From assembly GCA_902520385.1 (NCBI GenBank), contig CABYOB010000004.1, positions 1 through 53,660 on the forward strand: 53,660 nt of DNA, written 5' to 3'. The stretch is from an uncultured Bacteroidota bacterium (lineage in GTDB: Bacteria > Bacteroidota > Bacteroidia > Flavobacteriales > TMED113). A model generated the notes under the pieces. That model was not told the origin of the DNA. It searched no databases and was given only the letters and a program-made list of their open reading frames with translations. The position numbers and the translations under genes are program-made. Shown one piece after another: positions 1 to 9,383 of the stretch; position 1 is the stretch's first letter, and each line of letters starts with the position of its first letter.

Positions 1-1
1 T

Positions 2-1927
2 GAGGATCTTGATAACATTGGAGCAGGCACATATGATGTAGTTGTAACAGATGTTAATGGATGTACAATTTCAGCAACTGTAGTTATTACAGAATCAGAA
101 GCAATGACATTAGTAGTTGATGAGGTTACTGAAGGCCCTCATGTTTTAGGTGATATTAACGATGGTTTTGGTTCTATTTCAATTACTGTTAATGGCGGTA
201 CAGGAAATTATACTTACGAGTGGACGGCTTCATTAGCTGATGGTACAACTACGTGGGAGAATGGTGATGATATAGATGGTTTATTTGCAGGTACATATTC
301 AGTGCTTGTAAGTGATGTTAATGGTTGTACAATTTCATCTGAAATAACAGTTCCTTTTTATACACCATCTGCATGGTCTGTAGAAGAAACAGATTGTACT
401 CATTCTATTGAAGTTCCTGTTAATGCTGATATAAGTATTGACAATGACGCAATTACTTATGGAGACTGGATTGCAGCTTCTTTAGATGGTCAAGTTGTTG
501 GTATGATGATGTGGAATTTAGAAGCGTCTACGATGACTATATTTAGCGAATCAACTTTAGTAGGTGATAATTTTGAATGGTTTATATGGAATGCTAACGT
601 AGCTAATGAAGATGGTTTCGGTGGTGATTCTGATGGTGCATATTACAGTGCAGAAGCAACTTATGATGATTCTTATCCTAACGAAGGAGATTTTGCTTGT
701 GGCGGATTAAGTAAAGTATTAGATATTGTTGCAAGAACTGTTTATATGCAACAAATTGACATTCAAGAAGGTTGGGGAATGTACTCTACATTTATTTCTC
801 CAGATGACGCTTCTTTAGAATCTGTATTAGTAGATATTGAGGGAGACCTTGTTATAATGAAGGATGAAGATGGTGATGTTTTTTGGCCAGATCTTGGTAT
901 TAATACAATAGGATCATTGATTGATGGAGAAGGTTATTCTATTAAAGCAGAGTCAGTAAATATGTTAGAAATTTCAGGGGATTTAATACCTTCTAATTTA
1001 CCAATATTTATGCCTGCTGGATGGAGCTTTATAGGTTATTTACATCAAGAGCCTGCAGATGCAGCTGGAATGATGTCTTCTCTAGTTGAAGCAAGTAATT
1101 TAATTATAATGAAGGATGGTGATGGTCAGGTATTTTGGCCTTTAATTAATGTGAATACTATTAGTGATGGCTCTGGTATGATGAATCCTGGTCAAGGTTT
1201 TGCTATAAAAGTAGGGACAGAGGTAGGGCCAGATGCCCCATTTAGTTATCCTGCTATAACTAATGCACAAAGAATTGGCTCACCTTCACCAACATATCCA
1301 TTGTATAATTATTCGAAAGCAATAAATACTGGAGATAATATGGTTATAGGTATTCCTTTGAATTCATGGAACAATATTCCTGAAGTTGGGGATGAAATTG
1401 CAGCATATAATTCGAAAGGAAATTTAGTTGGTAGTGTAACATTTAATGGAGAGTCAACTGCATTAACAGTTTGGGGAGATGATCCAACAACAGATTTTGT
1501 TGAAGGGTTATTAGAAGGAGAAAATGTTAAATTGGAAATTTGGAAAAAATCTGACAATTCAATTGAAACAATTAGTGTTGATAATTGGATTGAAGGAGGT
1601 GATGTTTATATATCTAATGGTATTGCAATTGCAGGTGATGTTAGATTTAATAAATCTATGGAAATGGGATATGAATTATATTCAAACTTCCCGAATCCAT
1701 TTGATTCACAAACTACAATAAGTTTCTTCGTTCCTGAAAATGGAAATGTTAGTGTAGCGGTTTATGATTTGGTAGGAAACATGGTTGAAGAATTAACTAA
1801 TACTAATTTTGAACCAGGTATGTATAATCTACTATTTAACGCTGAAAACCTTGCGCAAGGAACATATTTTGTGCGAATGCAAGCAGCGAATACTATTTTA
1901 ACAAAGAAAATGGATGTAGTAAAATAA
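2..1927 (+). CDS. Large T9SS type A secreted protein with SprB-like repeats (5' truncated by window edge)
   Basis: Frame is open from base 2 (EDLDNIGAGTYDVVVTDVNGC...). GTYxVxVxDxNGC SprB-type repeats are present. C-terminal NFPNPF...YDLVG...GTYFVR...KKMDVVK sorting domain. Confidence 0.85.
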   Translation, partial: EDLDNIGAGTYDVVVTDVNGCTISATVVITESEAMTLVVDEVTEGPHVLGDINDGFGSISITVNGGTGNYTYEWTASLADGTTTWENGDDIDGLFAGTYSVLVSDVNGCTISSEITVPFYTPSAWSVEETDCTHSIEVPVNADISIDNDAITYGDWIAASLDGQVVGMMMWNLEASTMTIFSESTLVGDNFEWFIWNANVANEDGFGGDSDGAYYSAEATYDDSYPNEGDFACGGLSKVLDIVARTVYMQQIDIQEGWGMYSTFISPDDASLESVLVDIEGDLVIMKDEDGDVFWPDLGINTIGSLIDGEGYSIKAESVNMLEISGDLIPSNLPIFMPAGWSFIGYLHQEPADAAGMMSSLVEASNLIIMKDGDGQVFWPLINVNTISDGSGMMNPGQGFAIKVGTEVGPDAPFSYPAITNAQRIGSPSPTYPLYNYSKAINTGDNMVIGIPLNSWNNIPEVGDEIAAYNSKGNLVGSVTFNGESTALTVWGDDPTTDFVEGLLEGENVKLEIWKKSDNSIETISVDNWIEGGDVYISNGIAIAGDVRFNKSMEMGYELYSNFPNPFDSQTTISFFVPENGNVSVAVYDLVGNMVEELTNTNFEPGMYNLLFNAENLAQGTYFVRMQAANTILTKKMDVVK

Positions 1928-1948
1928 TTATACCCTAATTATGTTTTT

Positions 1949-1982
1949 AAAAATACCCCTTCTTTTTGAAAGGGGTATTTTT
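1949..1982 (+). terminator. Intrinsic terminator
   Basis: AAAAATACCCCT...AGGGGTATTTTT inverted repeat just after the stop codon. Confidence 0.8.
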
Positions 1983-2008
1983 ATATATTTAAAGAAAAAT
2001 ATATTTAT

Positions 2009-3142
2009 ATGAAAAAATTCTCTCAAGTACTAATTATTCTAGTAACAGCAAATTTAGTTTTTTCACAAGTTCCTTGCGAAGGAAGATATAGTGAGGAAAT
2101 TTTTAATGACGTACAAGTAACAACAGTTACATACTCTGATGTTAATAATTTACAAATGGATATATATCAACCAGTTGGTGATTTGGAAACTAAAAGACCG
2201 CTTATAATTTTTGCTCATGGGGGAACATTTATTTTTGGTAGTAAGAATAATGCTACTGCAGTAGATTTTTGTGAAGCATTTGCAAAACGAGGCTATGTAA
2301 CAGCTTCAATTAATTATAGGCTTGCAAGTGATATAGTCGGCTTTCTACAACAATTTACCTACTACCAAGATACGGAAAGTGCATATGAAGTTGTTTTAAA
2401 TGCTACCATGGATGGGAAAGCAGCAATAAGATATTTTAGAAAAGATTTTTATGAAAATAATAATACCTATGGTATAGATCCAGATCAAATTTGGGCTGGA
2501 GGTAATTCAGCTGGTGGTGTTTTATTTTTACATGCTGGTCATGTATGGAGTATTGATGAATTTACGAATTCACTTGATGATAATAGAGCCTCTATTGCAC
2601 AAGACATTTTCGAAGAATTAGGTGGAATTGAGGGTAGTAGTGGTAACCCAGGATACTCTTCTTCTCTTTCAGGTGTAATAAGTTTAGCAGGCGCATTACA
2701 TAGGTCTGAATATGTAGACATGAATGATGTTCCAACAGTTTTTTGTCATGGAGATGCAGATGACACTGTTCCTTATGACTGCAATGGTTTTCAAAATAAC
2801 TCGAATTTTGATCAATTGTGTGGAGGTGGTGCATTATATCCTGAATTTAGCTCATTAGGATTAGGCACAGAGCTATTAACTTTTCCAAACGATGGGCATT
2901 GCCCTTGGTCATCTAGTTCATCTAAAATGGATCAAGTTATTTCTTTTGTTTCAGATTTTGTTTTTGAAAGAATTGAATGCGATGATCAGTTCTCTGCATT
3001 AAATGGTAGCTTAATGTCTTCACCGATTTTAATTAATCAAGTAAATTTATTAGGTAGATCATTTAATAATAGCGATAACGGATTTGTTTTTTCTATTTTT
3101 GAAAATGGCAAAGTGGAAAAAAAGTATATACTTAATAAGTGA
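2009..3142 (+). CDS. Secreted alpha/beta hydrolase (carboxylesterase family) with short T9SS-like C-terminal tail
   Basis: Signal peptide, HGG oxyanion motif, GNSAG nucleophile elbow, HGDADDTVP, downstream His (DGH). Confidence 0.85.
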   Translation: MKKFSQVLIILVTANLVFSQVPCEGRYSEEIFNDVQVTTVTYSDVNNLQMDIYQPVGDLETKRPLIIFAHGGTFIFGSKNNATAVDFCEAFAKRGYVTASINYRLASDIVGFLQQFTYYQDTESAYEVVLNATMDGKAAIRYFRKDFYENNNTYGIDPDQIWAGGNSAGGVLFLHAGHVWSIDEFTNSLDDNRASIAQDIFEELGGIEGSSGNPGYSSSLSGVISLAGALHRSEYVDMNDVPTVFCHGDADDTVPYDCNGFQNNSNFDQLCGGGALYPEFSSLGLGTELLTFPNDGHCPWSSSSSKMDQVISFVSDFVFERIECDDQFSALNGSLMSSPILINQVNLLGRSFNNSDNGFVFSIFENGKVEKKYILNK

Positions 3143-4295
3143 TTTTTTTGTAGGGGTACCTAATAGACTGCGCTTCACAAACTTTTTTATATAATAAATC
3201 CTTAAACTTATTAAGTGTTTTTTTATTTAAAGCAGATATAAAAACACTATTATTATTTGTTTTTTTCATCCACGTTTTTTCCCAATATGCAAGATCATAA
3301 TTTTCAAATCCCCACTCACTTAAATCATCAGATTCTTTTTTTGTGTATGAAAACAAATCTATTTTATTAAATACAATTATTTGGGGCTTTTCTAGAGCAC
3401 TAAGTTCTTTGAGTGTCTTATTCACGGACTTCATATGTTCTTCAAAATTAGGATTAGAAATATCCACCACATGTATTAAAATGTCTGACTCTCGGACTTC
3501 ATCTAAAGTGGATTTAAATGATTCAACTAATTGGGTTGGCAGTTTACGAATAAAACCCACAGTATCAGATAACAAGAAAGGAGTATTGTTTATGACTACC
3601 TTTTTCATTTTAGTGTCTAATGTTGCAAATAATTTATTTTCTGCTAAAACCTTTGATTTACTAATAATGTTCATTAATGTAGATTTGCCGACATTAGTAT
3701 ATCCAACTAAAGAAACTCTAATCATATCTTTTCTTTTTTTTCTTTGGGTTTCCATTTGAATATCAATTTTTTTTAGTTGTGATTTCAAAAGGCTAATCTT
3801 TTTTCTAATCACTCTTCTATCTGTTTCAATTTCTTTTTCACCAGGACCTTTCATTCCAATACCCCCTTTTTGCTTTGATAAGTGAGTCCAAAGATTAGTT
3901 AGTCTTGGTAAAAGATATTGGTATTGAGCTAATTCAACCTGTGTTCTTGAATATGCTGTAGATGCTCGAAATGCAAAAATATCTAAGATTAAATTTGTTC
4001 GGTCTAAAATTTTACAATTTAAAATTCTTTCTATATTTCGTAGTTGGGATGGGGATAATTCATCATCAAAAATAACAACATCAATTTTTTCTGATTCTAA
4101 AAAATCTTTTACTTCATTGATCTTACCTTTTCCAATAAAAGACTTACTATTTTTTTTTAACATTTTTTGTAAAACTTTTTTTTTGGTTTCTGCACCAGCA
4201 GTTAAGGCTAGAAATTCAAGTTCATTAATAGACTCAATTGCAATATTTTCTGGTTGATTTTGAGTTATTATTCCAATTAAAAGTGCTTTTTCCAA
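3132..4295 (-). CDS. hflX: GTPase HflX
   Basis: GYTNVGKST, LFATLD, DTVGFI, NKID and GPGEKEIETDRR motifs; TTG start. Confidence 0.96.
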   Translation of the reverse strand: MEKALLIGIITQNQPENIAIESINELEFLALTAGAETKKKVLQKMLKKNSKSFIGKGKINEVKDFLESEKIDVVIFDDELSPSQLRNIERILNCKILDRTNLILDIFAFRASTAYSRTQVELAQYQYLLPRLTNLWTHLSKQKGGIGMKGPGEKEIETDRRVIRKKISLLKSQLKKIDIQMETQRKKRKDMIRVSLVGYTNVGKSTLMNIISKSKVLAENKLFATLDTKMKKVVINNTPFLLSDTVGFIRKLPTQLVESFKSTLDEVRESDILIHVVDISNPNFEEHMKSVNKTLKELSALEKPQIIVFNKIDLFSYTKKESDDLSEWGFENYDLAYWEKTWMKKTNNNSVFISALNKKTLNKFKDLLYKKVCEAQSIRYPYKKITY

Positions 4296-4304
4296 GATAA
4301 TATA

Positions 4305-4673
4305 TTATTTATCTTGTCGTGCCTGAATAAAACTTTTTATAAACACTACCATAGCAAAAATGGAAGAAATTAGCATTACGCCAATTCTAAAAAACCTTAC
4401 AATATTAAATGTTGCATCTGGTCCCGGGCAAAATGTTTTGTATAGTGGAAAAATGAGAGCTAATAAAATCATTAACGTAAGTAAAACAACAATGTGAGCA
4501 ATTATTTTGTTTTCTTTTTTCAATCCAAATGTCAGTAATAATATAATAAGCCCAAAAATAGGAGCAACTAATGCGGACTTGTTGATATCACCATCCATTG
4601 TTGCTATAAAACCCCAGGATCCAAATATTATTAGAATGATACTATTAATTAAACTAGCTTGATATGGTCTCAT
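4305..4673 (-). CDS. Small 4-TM membrane protein, function unknown
   Basis: Four hydrophobic segments; co-oriented upstream of hflX with a 9-bp gap. Confidence 0.7.
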   Translation of the reverse strand: MRPYQASLINSIILIIFGSWGFIATMDGDINKSALVAPIFGLIILLLTFGLKKENKIIAHIVVLLTLMILLALIFPLYKTFCPGPDATFNIVRFFRIGVMLISSIFAMVVFIKSFIQARQDK

Positions 4674-4740
4674 AAAAAAATGTTTTTATATTTATCTACT
4701 AAATTAATCAATTTTACCCTAAGTTTAGGCCATTATAGTT

Positions 4741-7593
4741 ATGAAAAAAAAACTCATCTTTATTTTTTTATTTCCGCTTATATTTTTTGGCCAAGAAAAC
4801 TTCCCTATTAATGGCGTTAAACAAACAGCACAAGCAACTCACGCATTTATAAATGTAAATATTTATTTAAATTATAATGAGAAAATTGAAGATGCAACTT
4901 TAATTATAAAAAATGACAAAATATTAGATGTTGGAAAAAATATTAAAATACCTGCGGAATCTATAATTCATGACTTAACTAATTTTACTATTTGCCCATC
5001 ATTTATAGATATTTTCACAGATTACGGTCAATCCAATGAGATTAAAAATGAAAAAACCATAGGATCTTGGAATGAAGCCCTGAATATAGAATATAATGCA
5101 GTTAATAATTTTTATATAAATAATAATGAAGCCAAAGGTTTTATTAATTCTGGATTTGGGCTTGTCAACTCATTAAAAAGAGATGGAATTATTAGGGGAA
5201 CATCCACGTTAGTTTCATTAACTTATGAAAAACCAAATACATCTATTTTTTTAAGCAAGTCAGCTTTATGTATGTCGTTTAATAAAGGCAGCTCCCCACA
5301 ATCTTATCCTAATTCATTAATGGGCTCTATTGCACTTTTAAGACAAGCATATTATGATTTAGATTGGTATGAAAATGGCTCTACGGGTCATGATAATTCT
5401 TTAGAAGCCTTTAGTCAAAATAAAAATTTACCAAAGATATTTGAAGTTAGTGATTATCAGTCAATTTTTAGGGCTAATGAAATAGGTGAAGAGTTTGATG
5501 ATAATTATATAATTAAAACATCAGGAGATGAATATCAAAGAATTAAGGAGTTAAAAAATATAAATAGAAAATTAATAGTTCCTTTAAACTTCCCAAATAT
5601 TGATTTGCCAAATGATCCATATGAAAATTTAGAAACATCCGTAAAGCAATTAAAACATTGGGAGAGCGCGCCATTTAATGCATCTATATTATCAGAAAAT
5701 AACATACAAATTGCTTTTACAACTTTTGGGCAAAGTCCCACAGATTTTTTTAATAATTTGAAAACGGCTATTTCGTGTGGCCTATCTCAGAAAAGTGCTT
5801 TAAAAGCTTTAACCTATAATCCTGCAAAATTCTTAAAAGTATATAATCAAGTTGGATCTATAGCTAAAGGAAAAAAAGCAAATTTTATAATTTTTAGTGG
5901 CGATTTGTTTTCAAAAGATTTTTTAATATATGAAAATTGGATTAATGGAAAAAAGCATGAAATAAATAATAAGAATATTGTAAAATTATTAGGTAATCAT
6001 TCATTATTTGTAGATGAAAAAGAGATTGGAGACATTCAGTTTAATCTTGCAAACAAAAAGTTGGTTGGAAAATTTTCAGGTGATAGTTTAGAAAAAAGAT
6101 TTTTAACTAATATAGAATTAGTTGGTGATAGAATTTCTTTTTCACAAAAGAATAATTTGTATAGCGGCATTTTTGAATCAGACATTTTTGGTGAGATGAG
6201 GGACTCCTTGAGTGATTGGAGAAATTGGAGATTAGTAAAAAATAATAGAAAGACTCAGTCAGTAAAAAGCCCAGGAATAAAACAAAAAGATAGTGTAGAA
6301 ATTTTGTTTCCAAATATGGCCTATGGTTTAAAAGAACAACCTAAAAGAGAGTCGCTATTATTTAAAAACGCAACTGTTTGGACTAATGAGTCTAGGGGTA
6401 TTATTCAAAACTGTGATGTTGCTATAGAAAGGGGTAAAATTATTGCAGTAGGAAAAAAAATCAAAAAAAGTATTTTTAGAAACTCTAAAGATGTTAGGGT
6501 TATTGATGCGTCAGGAAAACATATTACCTCTGGTATAATTGATGAGCATTCCCATATAGCAATAAGTAAAGGTGTTAATGAGGGGACTCAGGCTATAACA
6601 TCTGAGGTTAGAATAGGAGATGTTATTAATGCAAATGATATAAATATATATAGGCAACTAGCTGGGGGCGTTACAGTGGCTCAGTTATTACACGGCTCTG
6701 CGAATCCAATAGGTGGTCAATCAGCAATTATTAAATTGAGATGGGGGCAGTCAGCTGAAAAATTAAAGTTCTTAAAATCAAAACCTTTTATCAAATTTGC
6801 CTTAGGGGAAAATGTAAAGCAATCTAATTGGGGCGGGCGGCATAAAACTAGATTTCCTCAAACAAGAATGGGCGTTGAACAAATCATGTATGATGCGTTT
6901 AGCAGAGCAAAAGAATATGAATATAATATTAAAAATTATAAAAAAAATAAAACATTAAAGCCAAGAAAAGATCTAGAGCTAGATGCGCTAGTTGAGATAT
7001 TAAATAAAAAAAGATTTATTACGTGCCATTCCTATGTTCAATCCGAAATAAATATGTTAATTAATTTAGCCGAAGCCTTTGATTTTAAAGTCAACACATT
7101 TACTCATGTATTAGAAGGTTATAAAGTGGCAGATAAATTAAAAAAACATGGCGCAAGTGCATCTACTTTTTCTGATTGGTGGGCATATAAGTATGAGGTT
7201 AATGATGCTATTCCTCATAATGCATCAATTTTGAACAAAATGGGTGTTAATACAGCTATAAACTCGGATGATGCAGAAATGGGAAGAAGGCTAAATCAAG
7301 AAGCGGCCAAAATGGTTAAATATGGCAACACATCACAAGAAGATGCTTGGAAAATGATTACATTAAACCCTGCTAAAATGTTACAAATAGATAAATATGT
7401 TGGAAGTCTTCGAAAAAATAAAGATGCTGATATTGTGGTTTGGTCAGATAACCCATTATCTATTTATTCAATAGTTGAGGCAACTTATGTGGACGGGAGG
7501 TGTTATTTTTCTGTTCCAAAAGATAAAGAACATAGAACTTACATTCGTGAAGAAAGAAATAGAATATTAAATAAATTAATGAATAAAAATTAA
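4741..7593 (+). CDS. Secreted amidohydrolase-family protein with two amidohydrolase domains
   Basis: Signal peptide; C-terminal domain has GIIDEHSH, CHSY, THVLEG and NSDD; TxNPAK...GS repeated in both halves. Confidence 0.85.
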   Translation: MKKKLIFIFLFPLIFFGQENFPINGVKQTAQATHAFINVNIYLNYNEKIEDATLIIKNDKILDVGKNIKIPAESIIHDLTNFTICPSFIDIFTDYGQSNEIKNEKTIGSWNEALNIEYNAVNNFYINNNEAKGFINSGFGLVNSLKRDGIIRGTSTLVSLTYEKPNTSIFLSKSALCMSFNKGSSPQSYPNSLMGSIALLRQAYYDLDWYENGSTGHDNSLEAFSQNKNLPKIFEVSDYQSIFRANEIGEEFDDNYIIKTSGDEYQRIKELKNINRKLIVPLNFPNIDLPNDPYENLETSVKQLKHWESAPFNASILSENNIQIAFTTFGQSPTDFFNNLKTAISCGLSQKSALKALTYNPAKFLKVYNQVGSIAKGKKANFIIFSGDLFSKDFLIYENWINGKKHEINNKNIVKLLGNHSLFVDEKEIGDIQFNLANKKLVGKFSGDSLEKRFLTNIELVGDRISFSQKNNLYSGIFESDIFGEMRDSLSDWRNWRLVKNNRKTQSVKSPGIKQKDSVEILFPNMAYGLKEQPKRESLLFKNATVWTNESRGIIQNCDVAIERGKIIAVGKKIKKSIFRNSKDVRVIDASGKHITSGIIDEHSHIAISKGVNEGTQAITSEVRIGDVINANDINIYRQLAGGVTVAQLLHGSANPIGGQSAIIKLRWGQSAEKLKFLKSKPFIKFALGENVKQSNWGGRHKTRFPQTRMGVEQIMYDAFSRAKEYEYNIKNYKKNKTLKPRKDLELDALVEILNKKRFITCHSYVQSEINMLINLAEAFDFKVNTFTHVLEGYKVADKLKKHGASASTFSDWWAYKYEVNDAIPHNASILNKMGVNTAINSDDAEMGRRLNQEAAKMVKYGNTSQEDAWKMITLNPAKMLQIDKYVGSLRKNKDADIVVWSDNPLSIYSIVEATYVDGRCYFSVPKDKEHRTYIREERNRILNKLMNKN

Positions 7594-7594
7594 G

Positions 7595-8905
7595 ATGTTA
7601 AAATTAATATTTTTTATAACTTTTTCGTACTCAATTTTTTCTCAAGAAAAAATCATTGAAGATACAGATAGATATATTTTGGTTGGAGGGTTTGCTCATA
7701 TTGGGAATGGAGAAGTTATAGAAAATTCAACAATAATAATTGAAGGTGAGAAAATAGTGGCCATAGGGCCTTCGGATTTGGTAATCGTTAATAAAGAGAG
7801 AGGAAAAACGTATGATTTAAGTGGAAAGCATATTTACCCTTCTTTTATTTTACCAAATACAACGTTAGGATTAGTAGAAATTGATGCGGTAAGAGCAACA
7901 AGAGATGAAAGAGAAACAGGTGACTTAAATCCGAATGTTCGGTCTCAAATAGCATATAATACAGAATCTATAGTTTCTAGTACAGTTAGAACAAATGGAA
8001 TACTAATAGTACAGATTACCCCAAGAGGAGGTTTGATATCAGGAACATCATCTTTAATGAAATTAGATGGTTGGAATTGGGAAGATGCAACCTATTTAAA
8101 GGATGATGGAATACATTTAAACTGGCCAGAGTTACACGACTTTCATTATCATGGTCATAGTCATGTTTTTACGGCCTCAGATAATTCCGTTGAAAATGAA
8201 GAAAAGGAGGATGTTCTGAAATCACTAAGCATTTTAAGTTCGTTATTTAATGAAGCTAAAAAATATTCTAAAATAAAAAATAAGCATATTGATTTACGTT
8301 TACAATCGTTGCAAGATTTGTTCAATGGAAATAAAACATTATATATTCATGTAAATGGAGCAAATGGTATAAAAGAGTCAGTATTATTTGCAAAAAAAAA
8401 TAATGTCAAAAAAATTGTTTTGGTAGGGGCGTCAGAATCTTGGAGGGTAACAGATTTTATCTCTTCAAATAATATTCCAGTTATTTTGGGTAGATTACAT
8501 AGTTTGCCAAATTATACTGAAGACGATATTGACCAACCATATAAAACTCCTAAAATATTACAAGAATCAGGTATTCTTTTTTGTTTAGATTATTCAGGAG
8601 ATATGCCTAGAATGGGATCAAGAAACTTGCCATTTTTGGCTGGGACAGCAGCGGCTTACGGCCTAAACAAAGAAGAGGCATTACAACTTATAACGTTAAA
8701 TACAGCAAAAATTTTGGGAATAGATAATAGAACAGGATCCCTTGAAACCGGTAAAGAAGCAAATTTATTTATTTCTACAGGCGATGCCTTGGATATGATT
8801 TCACATAATGTTGAAATGCTATTTTTAATGGGTAAAAAGGTATCACTAGACAACCATCAAACTAAACTTTATAAAAAATTTTCTGATAAGTTTGACATAA
8901 AATAA
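7595..8905 (+). CDS. Amidohydrolase-family protein (partner subunit)
   Basis: GKHIYPSFI, TLNTAKILG...GSLETGKEAN; 1-bp gap after the previous gene. Confidence 0.85.
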   Translation: MLKLIFFITFSYSIFSQEKIIEDTDRYILVGGFAHIGNGEVIENSTIIIEGEKIVAIGPSDLVIVNKERGKTYDLSGKHIYPSFILPNTTLGLVEIDAVRATRDERETGDLNPNVRSQIAYNTESIVSSTVRTNGILIVQITPRGGLISGTSSLMKLDGWNWEDATYLKDDGIHLNWPELHDFHYHGHSHVFTASDNSVENEEKEDVLKSLSILSSLFNEAKKYSKIKNKHIDLRLQSLQDLFNGNKTLYIHVNGANGIKESVLFAKKNNVKKIVLVGASESWRVTDFISSNNIPVILGRLHSLPNYTEDDIDQPYKTPKILQESGILFCLDYSGDMPRMGSRNLPFLAGTAAAYGLNKEEALQLITLNTAKILGIDNRTGSLETGKEANLFISTGDALDMISHNVEMLFLMGKKVSLDNHQTKLYKKFSDKFDIK

Positions 8906-8924
8906 ACTAATTATTTAATAGATT

Positions 8925-8952
8925 AAAAAGAGGGCAATTGCCCTCTTTTTTT
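8925..8952 (+). terminator. Intrinsic terminator
   Basis: Palindrome AAAAAGAGGGCAATTGCCCTCTTTTT followed by more T residues. Confidence 0.85.
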
Positions 8953-8968
8953 ATGTCTAAAAAAAAGT

Positions 8969-8984
8969 TTGGCACGGCATTTGA
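8969..8984 (+). promoter_or_regulatory. Putative sigma54 (-24/-12) promoter
   Basis: TTGGCAC-GGCAT-TTGA matches TGGCAC-N5-TTGC with one mismatch; lies between a terminator and the next gene. Confidence 0.6.
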
Positions 8985-9032
8985 TTTAAAGAGAGATGTA
9001 TGAAATCAAAGTTTAATTTAAATAATAATATT

Positions 9033-9359
9033 ATGAAAACTCTACACAAAACCACGGTACTATTTTTATTAGCATTTTTATTTTCAACGTTTTCTAATTC
9101 ACAAGTTGTTATTGGAAAAAAATTAGATACACCTGAGAATCAAATTTATAGTAACTCTAATAGAGCGCAAGTTTGGATGAGTGGCGAGTGGGTTGTTTCT
9201 AATCAAAAATATGTTTGGCAAGAAGGATCTTGGGTAGATAAAAAGCCTGGTTATATATTTTTACCTGGTTATTGGAAAAAAGTTAAAGGTGGATGGACTT
9301 GGGTTTCAGGTTCCTGGAAAGCTATTAGTATGGAACAGTGGAATAATATTTACGCATAA
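9033..9359 (+). CDS. Secreted YXWGXW-repeat protein
   Basis: Signal peptide from M at 9033 (ORF track starts at 9000); repeats VWMSGEW, YVWQEGSW, YIFLPGYW, WTWVSGSW. Confidence 0.75.
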   Translation: MKTLHKTTVLFLLAFLFSTFSNSQVVIGKKLDTPENQIYSNSNRAQVWMSGEWVVSNQKYVWQEGSWVDKKPGYIFLPGYWKKVKGGWTWVSGSWKAISMEQWNNIYA

Positions 9360-9383
9360 AACATTAATATAAAAAGCATCGCT

